DNA of 64,000 nt from Gemmatimonadales bacterium (GCA_037189525.1 JBBCJC010000001.1:672001-736000); one strand, 5' to 3'. Shown: positions 42,730 to 52,646, counted from the first letter of the stretch. Notes: generated by a model not told the origin, from the letters alone. Numbers and translations: made by a program.

Positions 42730-44796
42730 ATGACCAAGCAGATCGATTGGAAGCGCGTTTACTATCTGACGCTGGTGTCCCGACAGCTCGACGAAACCGA
42801 GGAAACCAAGCTCGTCCCCGAGAAGAAGGTCGCCTATCAGTTCACGGCGCGTGGCCATGACGTGGCGCAGACCATTCTCGCCCAGTATCTCGATCACCCG
42901 CAGGATGCCGCCAGCGCGTACTACCGCTCTCGGCCGCTGCTGTTGGCTCTGGGTCTTTCGATCGACGACGCGTTCGCCGGTCCGATGGGCAAGTCGGGAG
43001 GGTTCAGCAACGGCCGCGATATCGGCGTGGTCTGCAATCTCCCGAGCGTGCCTGGTCCGGTCGTCCTGCCGATGGCGGGTGACGTCGGCTCGCAGTACAC
43101 CCCGCTGATCGGGTGGGCCCAGGCCATCACCTATCATCGGGATGTGCTGGGTGACGCATCGTATGCCGGCGCCATCGGCTGCGTCCTAGGCGGCGACTCC
43201 AGTGTTGCCACCAGCGGCTTCTGGTCGGCGCTGACCATTGCGACGACGCTCAATTTGCCGGTCCTGTTCTACATCGAGGACAACGGCTACGGCATCTCGG
43301 TTCCATCCCGGTTTCAGACGCCGGGCGCCAACATCGCGGAGAATCTGGCCTCATTCAAGAACCTCCGGATTACGCAGGGCGACGGCACCGACGCTGCGCA
43401 GACGGCACAGTTGTTCGACGAGGCCACCCGGTACGTGCGCGAAGGCAACGGCCCCGCGATGGTGCGGCTCACCGTACCGCGCCTGTCAGGGCATTCGGGT
43501 CAGGACACCCAAGCCTACAAGCCCGGCGACCTGCTCGACCACGAACGCGCGAATGATCCGCTGCCCAAACTGCGCGCCTTCCTGGCCGCCGGGGTCCTAA
43601 CCGAAGCGGAGCTGGCAGACATCGAAGCGCAGGCCACTCGCGACGTCGAGTCCGGCCTGGCGGCTGCCCTGGCCCGCCCCGAACCGACCGGTGAGAATAT
43701 CACTCGGCACCGGTTTGCCGAGCTGAACGACGACGGGACCCCCGATCTGCAGGCGCGGGGCGGTCTGGCGCCCTCGGGCCATCGGTTCCCGGAGACGACG
43801 GAAACGCCGGCACCGGAAGGCCCGCGAATCAACATGCTCACGGCCATCCGCCGCGCGCTCGAGCATGAACTCGCCACCAACCCCAAGCTGCTGCTGTTCG
43901 GCGAAGATGTCGGGCCCAAGGGTGGCGTTCATGCGGCTACGCTCGGTCTGCAGGATGCGTTTGGCGACCAGCGCGTCTTCGATACGAGCTTGTCGGAGGA
44001 AGGAATCATCGGCCGCGCGGTCGGGATGGCGCTGGCCGGGTTGATGCCAGTGCCGGAGATCCAGTTCCGGAAGTACGCCGACCCCGCTACCGAGCAGCTC
44101 AACAACTGCGGCACGATTCGCTGGCGCACCAACAACCGCTGGGCCGCGCCGATCGTGGTCCGGATGCCCGGCGGCTACGCACCAAAGTGCGGCGACCCGT
44201 GGCACAGCGTCTGTGGTGAGGTGGTCTTTGCTCATGCGACGGGTTGGCAGGTTGCAGTGCCGTCGAACGCCGAAGATGCCGTAGGCCTGATTCGAACGGC
44301 GATGCGCAGCAACGACCCGACCATCTTCTTCGAGCACCGCGCCCTGCTCGACGGCACCTGGGCTCGGCGCCCGTACCCCGGCAACGACTTCGCGATTCCG
44401 TTCGGTAAGGCGCGCACGGTCGTCGATGGAGACAAACTGACCTGCGTGACCTGGGGCGCCATGGTGGAGCGTTGCGAAGCTGCCGCCAAGCAGTCGGGCT
44501 ACGCCGTCCATGTGCTCGACCTTCGCACCATTGCGCCGTGGGATCGCGAAGCGGTGCTGGCCTCGGTCAAGCGGACCCGCCGCTGCCTGATCGTCCACGA
44601 GGACACCATGACCGCCGGGTTCGGCGCCGAAGTGAGCGCGGTGGTGGCGGAACAGGCGTTCCTGTCGCTCGACGCACCGATCCACCGGATGGCCATTCCG
44701 GACATCCCGACGCCGTACAACGTGGCGCTGATGAACGCGACATTGCCGCAGGTGGACGAGATCACCGACCGGATGGTGGAGCTGATCGAGTTCTGA
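42730..44796 (+). CDS. Fused alpha/beta E1 of a 2-oxoacid dehydrogenase (TPP-dependent)
   Basis: YYRSRP, TPP motif GGDSS...IEDNGY, RLSGHS; beta part FGEDVG, FDTSLSEEGIIG, EIQF, LDLRTI, VHED. Confidence 0.92.
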   Translation: MTKQIDWKRVYYLTLVSRQLDETEETKLVPEKKVAYQFTARGHDVAQTILAQYLDHPQDAASAYYRSRPLLLALGLSIDDAFAGPMGKSGGFSNGRDIGVVCNLPSVPGPVVLPMAGDVGSQYTPLIGWAQAITYHRDVLGDASYAGAIGCVLGGDSSVATSGFWSALTIATTLNLPVLFYIEDNGYGISVPSRFQTPGANIAENLASFKNLRITQGDGTDAAQTAQLFDEATRYVREGNGPAMVRLTVPRLSGHSGQDTQAYKPGDLLDHERANDPLPKLRAFLAAGVLTEAELADIEAQATRDVESGLAAALARPEPTGENITRHRFAELNDDGTPDLQARGGLAPSGHRFPETTETPAPEGPRINMLTAIRRALEHELATNPKLLLFGEDVGPKGGVHAATLGLQDAFGDQRVFDTSLSEEGIIGRAVGMALAGLMPVPEIQFRKYADPATEQLNNCGTIRWRTNNRWAAPIVVRMPGGYAPKCGDPWHSVCGEVVFAHATGWQVAVPSNAEDAVGLIRTAMRSNDPTIFFEHRALLDGTWARRPYPGNDFAIPFGKARTVVDGDKLTCVTWGAMVERCEAAAKQSGYAVHVLDLRTIAPWDREAVLASVKRTRRCLIVHEDTMTAGFGAEVSAVVAEQAFLSLDAPIHRMAIPDIPTPYNVALMNATLPQVDEITDRMVELIEF

Positions 44797-44819
44797 TCTC
44801 GAAATTGGGGAGGAGCACC

Positions 44820-45782
44820 ATGACGACGTCGCGCCGCGAGTTCCTGCGTCACACCGGCTCCTGCGCTGCGCATCTGGCGTTCGCAGCCACGCTTCTCCCG
44901 CCCGCGGCCCGCGCCACCTGGGCCCGTCGTCCGGCGGGTCCGGTCGTTGCCCAGGAACCCTTTGGCCGGCTGGAGGCGGTGGCGCCGGGCGTCTGGGCGC
45001 TCATCTCCACCCCGCTCTCCGGCGATCGCACCACCCTCTCCAACGGTGGCCTCATCGCCGGGCGGAACGGAGTCCTGGCCGTCGAGGGCTTCATGATGCC
45101 GGCGGGCGCCAAGTGGCTTGCGGACCAGGCGGTTGCGCTCACCGGCATGCGACCGACGCACGTGGTGCTGAGCCACTATCACGCCGATCACGTCAACGGC
45201 GTCGCAGGCTACGGCGACGGCGCCACCGCACCCGTCACCATCCACGCCACTCGCGCCACCGCGGACCAGGCACGGGAACGAAATGCCCCGGCCGATGAGG
45301 CCCGGACGCGCGCCCTGTCCGGCGCCGAAACCGTCGATCCCGCCGCCGCCTCGACACTCGACCTGGGCGGGCGCACTGTCATTATCACGCCGTATACGGG
45401 CCACACGGCGAGCGACGTCACCGTCACGGTGGACGACGTGGTCTTCTGCGGTGACCTGGTCTGGAACGCGATGTTCCCGAATTATGTGGATGCGAGACCC
45501 TCGGTACTGGCCCAAGCGGTCCGGTCGATTCGCGCCGGCCAGGCGACCCGATACGTACCTGGTCACGGTGGCATGAGTACGGTGTCTGACGTCGATCGCT
45601 ACCTGAGCATGCTCGACGAGGTGGAGCGGGCCGCCCGCGCCGCGCATACTCGAGGCCTGCCAGTCGCAGATGCTGCCAAAGATTATCGGGTGCCGGAGTC
45701 ACTCGGCGAGTGGCTGCTCTTCAGCCCGCGTTTCATCGAGGTCGCGTTCCAGGCCTGGTATCGCGAACTAGGGAGCACCTGA
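44820..45782 (+). CDS. Tat-exported metallo-beta-lactamase-fold hydrolase (cyclase-like)
   Basis: GGAGGAG RBS; SRREFL twin-arginine signal; SHYHADH, GHT, GDL, VPGHG. Confidence 0.9.
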   Translation: MTTSRREFLRHTGSCAAHLAFAATLLPPAARATWARRPAGPVVAQEPFGRLEAVAPGVWALISTPLSGDRTTLSNGGLIAGRNGVLAVEGFMMPAGAKWLADQAVALTGMRPTHVVLSHYHADHVNGVAGYGDGATAPVTIHATRATADQARERNAPADEARTRALSGAETVDPAAASTLDLGGRTVIITPYTGHTASDVTVTVDDVVFCGDLVWNAMFPNYVDARPSVLAQAVRSIRAGQATRYVPGHGGMSTVSDVDRYLSMLDEVERAARAAHTRGLPVADAAKDYRVPESLGEWLLFSPRFIEVAFQAWYRELGST

Positions 45783-45962
45783 CACCCCAAGCAGCTTGCC
45801 TGCCGCCCGCCTTTTCATCGTCGGGGCCTCTGCCAACCGGTGACGGCGCGGGGGTACGCCGCCTCCTGCCGCTGCGATTTACCTCATGGAACGATCGCGA
45901 CGGGCTATCGGAGAGCCGGCCAGCGCTTTATTCTGCGCGACTATAGACGGCAGGAGAACCTC

Positions 45963-46607
45963 GTGTCGCCGCGCATCCGCGCAGGTATTGTGATGTGGGT
46001 CACATCGATTGTTTGCTTCGCACCTTCCAACGCCACGGCGCAAGCGATCGGGCTCCGCGCCATCGCAGCCGACGTCGACCACCAGATGATGCGAAGCATG
46101 CTCGGCGGCGGATTGACACTTGCCGTGCCGCTCGGCACGAGCCCGCTACGCTTCCGCCTGGGGGTAGATCATCTCCGAGGATCAGCAGATCGAACCGGCC
46201 AGTTGTGTCCGTTCCCCCTGTCTTGCGAATCCGCACCCCTGCACGACGAATCGTCCTCGACGGCGGCATCCGCCGAGTTGATCTGGTCACTCCTCAGGCT
46301 GTCCTCATTCACGCTCGGTACGCTGGGGTCACTCTCGCTGATGCATGCGCGAGTGCGCTCGAACAATCTCACATCGGGATATGATGTGCAGGACACCCGG
46401 ACGCTGGCGCGACTCGAAGCCGGCATCGAGGCATCCTGGCGTCCGTGGTCCACCCGTTCGATCGTGATCGAACTCGGCGCCACGGTCGGTGTGCAGGGAC
46501 CGCCATCCGGCGGAAAGGCCACCGTAGGCGGCGGGTACCCTTTGGACAACGACGCCAGGGTCAGCCGCCTCCAGCTTGGTCTGTCGTGGAGCCGACCTCG
46601 TTCCTAG
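45963..46607 (+). CDS. Hypothetical secreted protein, possible beta-barrel
   Basis: AGGAG RBS before GTG 45963; signal peptide (ATAQ); amphipathic strands; LQLGLSW near the C-terminus. Confidence 0.6.
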   Translation: MSPRIRAGIVMWVTSIVCFAPSNATAQAIGLRAIAADVDHQMMRSMLGGGLTLAVPLGTSPLRFRLGVDHLRGSADRTGQLCPFPLSCESAPLHDESSSTAASAELIWSLLRLSSFTLGTLGSLSLMHARVRSNNLTSGYDVQDTRTLARLEAGIEASWRPWSTRSIVIELGATVGVQGPPSGGKATVGGGYPLDNDARVSRLQLGLSWSRPRS

Positions 46608-49600
46608 CGAATCACGGCGGGGCCATCGACGCGACCGGCGCCGTTGCCCGTGAGCGTCGGCGGCACGGCAGAGTTCGCCCGTGAAACCGGTCGCCGCGCT
46701 GCCGTTGCCGCCGGGCGAACTGCCCGCTGGATCCGTGCCGAGCTGGCGGTGGCGCCGAACTCGAAGGCACCCACGTCGCAGACGCCCTGGCGCAGAAATC
46801 CACGCTGATCCGGGCCGGGACAGAAACCGGCGTTGCCTGCGTCGATCGCCGGACTTCCCTGCTGCAAAGCGTGCGTCCGCGTCGCCCCACCGTTGTCGGC
46901 CAGCTCGGCGTCGACGCCCGGGGCGGCAACGTCATTCTGGTTACCGGCGCCGCCCAGGAACGGCGTGCAGGTCGCATCGGCGCTGAGGTTGCCGCCGTTC
47001 GAAATGATCGTCGATGCTCCACCGCCCGTCGCGCAGTTGGCGGCAGCTCCGCCCTGGAGATTACCGACCAGCAACACGTTCGTGAGGGTCGGGGATCCGG
47101 CGGCGGCCCCGACCACGGCAGCCGTTACGCCGCCGCCCAGATCGGTCGCCGTATTGCCGACGATGGACACGTTCTGCAGCGTGGCGGGGCCAGTCAGCCC
47201 GATCCCGCCGCCGACGGCCGCAGTATTCCCGGAGAGCGTCGAGTTGACGATCAGGCTCATCGCCGACGAGGACGAGAAGATTCCGCCGCCAATGGCACCA
47301 GAGGTGTTGCCCGAAACGGTCGAAGCACTGACCGTCACGTTCGTCCCGGACGTTATCCCACCGCCGCTGTTGGTCGCCGTGTTGTTGGCAACCGTGCTCC
47401 GGTCGATCGAGACCGATCCCGTCCCCGTGAGTTGCAACCCGCCGCCCTGATTGGCTGATGTGTTGTTGAGGATCGAGAGATCGGAAAGGTTGACCACCGA
47501 CGACGCGGCTTTGACGAGGCCCCCACCCACTCCGGATGCGCTCTGCGCCTCGTTACGCGCAATCGTGCCTCGGGCGATATCGAGCCGCGCAGACCCGCCG
47601 ACCCAGATCCCACCCGCCGAAATCGACGCCGTGTTATCCGTGACGGCAAGATTGGTTGCCGTGACCTCTCCGGTATCGAAGAGACCGAGGCCGCCGCCAA
47701 GACCGTTGGTACCACCGGTACCGGTCACGCGGTTGCCGCGGATCGTCACGTCAACCAGGGTCACGACATTGGCGCCGAGGAATTGAACGCCGCCACCCTG
47801 AATGAAGGCAGAGTTGTCGGCAATCTCGGTTCCCGTCATCGAAACCGTCATTGCCCGACTGAAAATGCCGCCGCCCGCACCCACAAGCGCTTCATTGCCC
47901 TCGAACGTTCCGCCCGTCACCGTCAGCGTCCCGCCGTCGAGCACCACCATTCCACCGCCGGCACCGGCCGTGACCGCGCGATTGGCTTTGACCGCAACGT
48001 TCTCGAGTGTCATCGTGTTGGTAAACGCGTAGATCCCCCCGCCCCATCCCGCCGACGTCTCGTTCTCGGAAACGGAGACATCCTCGAGATGCAGTTGCGT
48101 GCCGCCACTCGCGTAGATCCCACCGCCGTTCAGGTTTGCACCCACCGTCTGGTTCTTGGTGATCTGCGTACCTTCCGCGCGAACGACGGAGGTATTCTGC
48201 AGGAAAATTCCTCCGCCGCCGAAATCGCCCTGACTGCGATTTTCGGTGATGGCCCCGCCCGAGAAGGCCACTTCAGCGGACCCCCAGGTAAAGAGACCGC
48301 CGCCCCGCCCGGTTGCGATGTTCTCCCGCACCGTGACGTTGGTCAGTGTCAGGGACGGCGTGCCCGAGAGCGTAGCGGCCGCATCGTTCGACACGGTCAG
48401 TCCCGCTCCGCGAAATGCCCGGTTGCCCGCGATCGTCGTATTGGTCAGAGAAGTGGTCATGGCCCGGCCGTTGATTCGCAGGCCACCGCCCTCGGAACTG
48501 GTTTCATTGTTGGCGAAACTGCCGCCCGTGACCACTAGAGCACCCATCCCCTCGGCAAAGAGACCACCTCCGCTGTTGCCGGTCGTCTGATTGCCATCCA
48601 CGGCGACATCTGTCAGGGTCAGAGTGCCGTTCAGCACCCGGATGCCACCACCCCATCCGGCGGCGACCCGGTTGTCCGCCACGCTACCACCCCGCATGGT
48701 GACGGTGGACCCGCTTGTTACGGAAAGTCCGCCGCCCGGGGTGTTCGCGCCCGAGGCCCGGTTGTTCCGAATCTCCACGCCGTCGAGCGACGCCCGGCTG
48801 TTGTCCTGGACGAGAATCCCGCCTCCACCGCCCGCGGTCACTTCATTGTCGTCGACCACGGCATCGGTGAGTACCAGCTCCGAAGCGCCGTCCACCAGAA
48901 TCCCGCCCCCGCCGCTCGAGACCCCGCCGGTAATCCGCAAGCCGGAAATGCTGACGATGGCGCCGTCCGTGATCCGGAACACACGCCGCGGCGATCCGGC
49001 CGATGCATCGGCATCGATCCGCAACTCGTTGGCTCCGGGGCCCTGAATCGCTATGTGCCGCGCGAGTGACGGCAGCGCAGACGTGAGGGTGATGACGCCG
49101 CCAGGCACGCTGGACAAGCGAATCCTACCGCCGACCTCCGCCGCAGCACTCGATCGCACCCGGGCCCCGATCGGCGGCGCGGGCAGCGCCTGATTGATGG
49201 CCAGGATCGCCTCCCGCAACGAGCAATGGGCAGGCGTGCAGGCGCCGTCGTCGACGTCATCTCCGGCCGACACGACCCAATCGGGGCGTACCGTCACGGT
49301 CGCCGTTGCGGTCTTGGTGTTGTCGAGCGTGCTGGTGACAGTCACCGTGCAGGTTCCAGCCTCGGCCGGCGCTGTGTAGCCGACGGCGCCGCCCGTCCCG
49401 GTGACGGTACCGCAGCTGGCGTTCCAGGTGACACCGGTCTGCCCCGTGCCCGTCACGGTCGCCGTCAAATTCTGGCTTCCAAGGCGATCCAGCTCGATCT
49501 CCGCCGGTGTCACGGTCACGACCACGGGCGTTACTGTCACCGACGCCGTTCCCGTCTTCGTGGCATCCTGCGCGCTGGTAGCCGTCACGGTGACGGTACC

Positions 49601-49879
49601 GCCCGCGACGGGTGCAGTGAGCGTGGCCGTGGCGCCGTTGGCCTGGATGGTGCCCGCCGACGTCGTCCAGGTCACGGAGGTATTGGTGGCGTTGGTCACG
49701 GTCGCCGTGAACTGCTCAGTTCCGCCGGCGCCCACGGTCGCGGTGTTGGGCGAGATCGTGACCGTCACTGCCGGAGGCGGCGGGGGCGGAGGAGGGTTGA
49801 CCGGTCCGTCGCCGCCGCAGGCCGCGAGAATCAGCAGTGACGACAACGCCGTCTGGCAACGCAAACTGTGTAGAGACAT
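46604..49879 (-). CDS. Large surface lipoprotein: Ig-like repeats, CSLREA motif, Pmp-like beta-helix repeats, choice-of-anchor Q
   Basis: GAGG RBS; LAAC lipobox; poly-Pro; two VTISP..FTATV..VTW domains; CSLREA; many NxA..GGG[IL] repeats; LADNGGATRTHAL..GSPAIDAG..DQRG..CDVGAFE. Confidence 0.9.
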   Translation of the reverse strand: MSLHSLRCQTALSSLLILAACGGDGPVNPPPPPPPPAVTVTISPNTATVGAGGTEQFTATVTNATNTSVTWTTSAGTIQANGATATLTAPVAGGTVTVTATSAQDATKTGTASVTVTPVVVTVTPAEIELDRLGSQNLTATVTGTGQTGVTWNASCGTVTGTGGAVGYTAPAEAGTCTVTVTSTLDNTKTATATVTVRPDWVVSAGDDVDDGACTPAHCSLREAILAINQALPAPPIGARVRSSAAAEVGGRIRLSSVPGGVITLTSALPSLARHIAIQGPGANELRIDADASAGSPRRVFRITDGAIVSISGLRITGGVSSGGGGILVDGASELVLTDAVVDDNEVTAGGGGGILVQDNSRASLDGVEIRNNRASGANTPGGGLSVTSGSTVTMRGGSVADNRVAAGWGGGIRVLNGTLTLTDVAVDGNQTTGNSGGGLFAEGMGALVVTGGSFANNETSSEGGGLRINGRAMTTSLTNTTIAGNRAFRGAGLTVSNDAAATLSGTPSLTLTNVTVRENIATGRGGGLFTWGSAEVAFSGGAITENRSQGDFGGGGIFLQNTSVVRAEGTQITKNQTVGANLNGGGIYASGGTQLHLEDVSVSENETSAGWGGGIYAFTNTMTLENVAVKANRAVTAGAGGGMVVLDGGTLTVTGGTFEGNEALVGAGGGIFSRAMTVSMTGTEIADNSAFIQGGGVQFLGANVVTLVDVTIRGNRVTGTGGTNGLGGGLGLFDTGEVTATNLAVTDNTASISAGGIWVGGSARLDIARGTIARNEAQSASGVGGGLVKAASSVVNLSDLSILNNTSANQGGGLQLTGTGSVSIDRSTVANNTATNSGGGITSGTNVTVSASTVSGNTSGAIGGGIFSSSSAMSLIVNSTLSGNTAAVGGGIGLTGPATLQNVSIVGNTATDLGGGVTAAVVGAAAGSPTLTNVLLVGNLQGGAAANCATGGGASTIISNGGNLSADATCTPFLGGAGNQNDVAAPGVDAELADNGGATRTHALQQGSPAIDAGNAGFCPGPDQRGFLRQGVCDVGAFEFGATASSARIQRAVRPAATAARRPVSRANSAVPPTLTGNGAGRVDGPAVIR

Positions 49880-50255
49880 ACGAACCTCGTAGCGTGGGAC
49901 GGGAGTCCGGACCCAAGTGTCGTTCTGGGAATGGAACGGCGAGCGGCGGCCTCGAGCTATTTGGCCGAGCAACGAGTCTTTCTATTCGCGCAAAGTCCGC
50001 CGCAATCGGCTCATCGGCCGGGGTCGGACGTCGAATAGCGGAGCGCGGGCACTCCCGATCGGACGAATCGAATGTCACCGAGCGGATGGCCCGCACGGTC
50101 CGAATCGAACGGGCACAACCAGACACCGGCGCAGGGCCGTCCGATGCTCGATTCTAAGTCATCTTAACCCAAAGCCAGGGAGGTGCAAGCATTGTCGAAG
50201 CTGGGATTTGAGCCTGAACCGACCACATTTCGATCTGGCCGCTATCTTCCCAGAC

Positions 50256-51179
50256 ATGGATCGCACTCTCTCCAATACCGCTGCTGCCCTCCGTGAAGGG
50301 ATCGTTCGCGGGTTCCTTTCCGAGGCCGACGCCATCGAGTGGGCTGCACGAGAACTCGGCGATGATCCGGAGGACGGCTCGATCCTGCTCTCCGAGCTCT
50401 CGCTCGCGGAGAATCAGCCGACCTCCCGCATTCTCAACATGCTTGGGCAGTTGAGCTGGGGAGCCGATCTTCCGGCCGCCGGGCGGATTGCGGTGTCGTA
50501 CCTCCACGACCGGTTGAGCGACAGCCACCTGCGGCCTGAAGTCGCGGTCGATGCGATCCACCATCTGGCCCGGGACGGGTTCGCGCCCGATCCCTGGTTC
50601 GAACGCGGGGCGGAGCGGATCCACAACGGCGAGACGGCCGGCACCGCCGCCGACCTGACCGAGGCGTTGCTCGCCTTCCTGTCACCCTATCGGCACGACG
50701 CACCGGATGTCGAGACCGAGCCGCCGGCGCCGATCCACGATCAGTTCGTCGTGGCGATCGACCCCGCGGCGCCGGAACTCTCCGAGGCCGACGTCGCCCT
50801 GTCGTGGCAATCCTGGTCGGGACATGGCCGGATCCGCACCGCCCCTGCCCAGCTGGCAGCATTTGCCGACGCCCTGCGTGACTTTGCCGGCCACCGGGTC
50901 GACCGCGTCGTGTTCGCGCCGGACCCCGGCGCCGACGGCGAACGCCTCACGGCGACGATCGTGGAATACGGCCGAGCCCGTCGCGCCGCCGTTCTCGTCG
51001 AGATCCGGTCCGTCGAACGCCCGGGCGATCTGGGAGCCGACGACACCCTGCTTCGCATCGCGGTGCCGACCGAGCACGCCTTGCTCGGCGATTTCGCCGC
51101 CGACCTGGGAGAACTGGTGTCGACCGGCGAAGGCATTGCCCGCCTTCGGCTCTCGGCCCGCTGGCCTCACGATACCTGA
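50256..51179 (+). CDS. Hypothetical two-domain protein
   Basis: Protein-like acidic sequence from ATG 50256 with a Pro/Glu linker; ends before a strong hairpin. Confidence 0.7.
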   Translation: MDRTLSNTAAALREGIVRGFLSEADAIEWAARELGDDPEDGSILLSELSLAENQPTSRILNMLGQLSWGADLPAAGRIAVSYLHDRLSDSHLRPEVAVDAIHHLARDGFAPDPWFERGAERIHNGETAGTAADLTEALLAFLSPYRHDAPDVETEPPAPIHDQFVVAIDPAAPELSEADVALSWQSWSGHGRIRTAPAQLAAFADALRDFAGHRVDRVVFAPDPGADGERLTATIVEYGRARRAAVLVEIRSVERPGDLGADDTLLRIAVPTEHALLGDFAADLGELVSTGEGIARLRLSARWPHDT

Positions 51180-51197
51180 GCCTGCACCATACGAACG

Positions 51198-51236
51198 ACG
51201 ACGGGCCGGGAACGTCATCCGTTCCCGGCCCGTCGT
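51198..51236. terminator. Probable bidirectional terminator hairpin
   Basis: ACGACGGGCCGGGAACG-tcatc-CGTTCCCGGCCCGTCGT, a perfect 17-bp stem between convergent genes. Confidence 0.75.
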
Positions 51237-51257
51237 GTTGCGCGCCTAACGTTCGGC

Positions 51258-52646
51258 TCAGACCGCTTCGGAAAGCGACGTGAAGTTGAAGTCGCGCACT
51301 CGGAGCGGGGGCACCACGACACTGCTGCCGGGGCTACCGCTTTCACTCGACGAAACCCGCACCGGGGCGCCCATGGCCTCGATGTTGTTGAGCATGAAGA
51401 TGGGCGACTCGTTGAAGCGCAGGTTGCGCACCGCGCGCGTGATCTTGCCGTTTTCGATCAGGAAGGTTCCGTCTCGCGTCAGGCCGGTGTAGAGGATGGT
51501 GCGCGGATCGACCGGCCGGATGTACCAGAAGCGGGTGACCAGCAAGCCCCGCTGGCATCCGGCAATCATCGACTCCAGCGTCTCGTTCCCGCCCGACATC
51601 TTGAGCACGCCGCTGAAGCCGAAGCCGCCGCCCGACACGCCGGTCGGCTGCTTGCCCTGCTTTTCGGCCCAGTACCGATCATAGTTGAGATTCCGCACCA
51701 CCCCGTTCTCGATCCAGACCACGCGGTCGGTGGGCAGGCCATCTCCGGTAAAGGGACTTCCCGGCGTTTGCCGATCGAACGGATCGCTGACCAGCGAGAC
51801 CCGCTCGTCGATCACCTTGCTGCCGATCTTGTTGCCGCCACCCTGCTTGGTGAAGAAGCTCCGGCCCTCATCGGCGTTGCGCGCGCTGGTCGCGCCGAGA
51901 ATGAGCTGCACCAGGTTGCCGACCGCGGTGGGTTCGAGAATGACGGTGTAGCGGCCCGGCTCGATGGCAGAGGCGGGCGTCGAGCGCCGCGCCTTGTCGA
52001 CCGCGCGCGCACCGAGCGCGGCGGGTTCGATCTCACCCCAATCGCTCGAGGTGCTGCCGGCCCATCCGGAGCCGGTTCCTTCTTCGTTGCGCACCGTGGT
52101 CGTGAGTGCGACGCTGGTATCACGGGTGTAGGCGAACAGCCCTTTGGAATTGGCAATGGCCTGCGCGGTGGCCCTGGTCTCGAGGTATCCGGTGCTGACC
52201 AGGCCGGCCGACTTGGCCTGATCCGTGATCAGTCGAACGCCTGCTGCGCGACCTGCCGGGTCGAGCGCCGCGGTGCGATCGCTCCATCCCAAACCTTCGC
52301 GGTACTGCTGCGGCCCGAGCTCAGGCATCAGCTCGACATCGTCCGGCGACAACTTCGCCAGCCGCTCGGATGACTCGACCACCGCCTTGAGACCGGCATC
52401 GTCGACCCGATTGGTGGTGGCCGATCCGACCTTTTTGCCGACGACGCTGCGCACCACGATCGTGGTGTCGGCGTTGTCGCCCGCGGTGGACACCTGGTTG
52501 ACGGCAAAGCGGGTGTTGCCGCGCACGCCGTTGACGATCGAGACCCGGGTTTCCGTCGCCGTCGCAAAGGCCAGGACGCGTTTGGCCAATGCTTCCGCTT
52601 CGGCGCGCGACATGACCCGCGGCTGATCCTGCGATGCCCGGCTCAT
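51258..52646 (-). CDS. TldE/PmbA-like protein
   Basis: NTRFAVN, EPGRYTVILEP, GLLVTRFWYIR, TGLTRDGTFLIENG, RFNESP; no HExxxH. Confidence 0.9.
   Translation of the reverse strand: MSRASQDQPRVMSRAEAEALAKRVLAFATATETRVSIVNGVRGNTRFAVNQVSTAGDNADTTIVVRSVVGKKVGSATTNRVDDAGLKAVVESSERLAKLSPDDVELMPELGPQQYREGLGWSDRTAALDPAGRAAGVRLITDQAKSAGLVSTGYLETRATAQAIANSKGLFAYTRDTSVALTTTVRNEEGTGSGWAGSTSSDWGEIEPAALGARAVDKARRSTPASAIEPGRYTVILEPTAVGNLVQLILGATSARNADEGRSFFTKQGGGNKIGSKVIDERVSLVSDPFDRQTPGSPFTGDGLPTDRVVWIENGVVRNLNYDRYWAEKQGKQPTGVSGGGFGFSGVLKMSGGNETLESMIAGCQRGLLVTRFWYIRPVDPRTILYTGLTRDGTFLIENGKITRAVRNLRFNESPIFMLNNIEAMGAPVRVSSSESGSPGSSVVVPPLRVRDFNFTSLSEAV

Noticed and set aside
49771..49800. G-rich tract as a phase-variation site
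   Set aside because: It encodes poly-Pro with mixed codons and has no long homopolymer.
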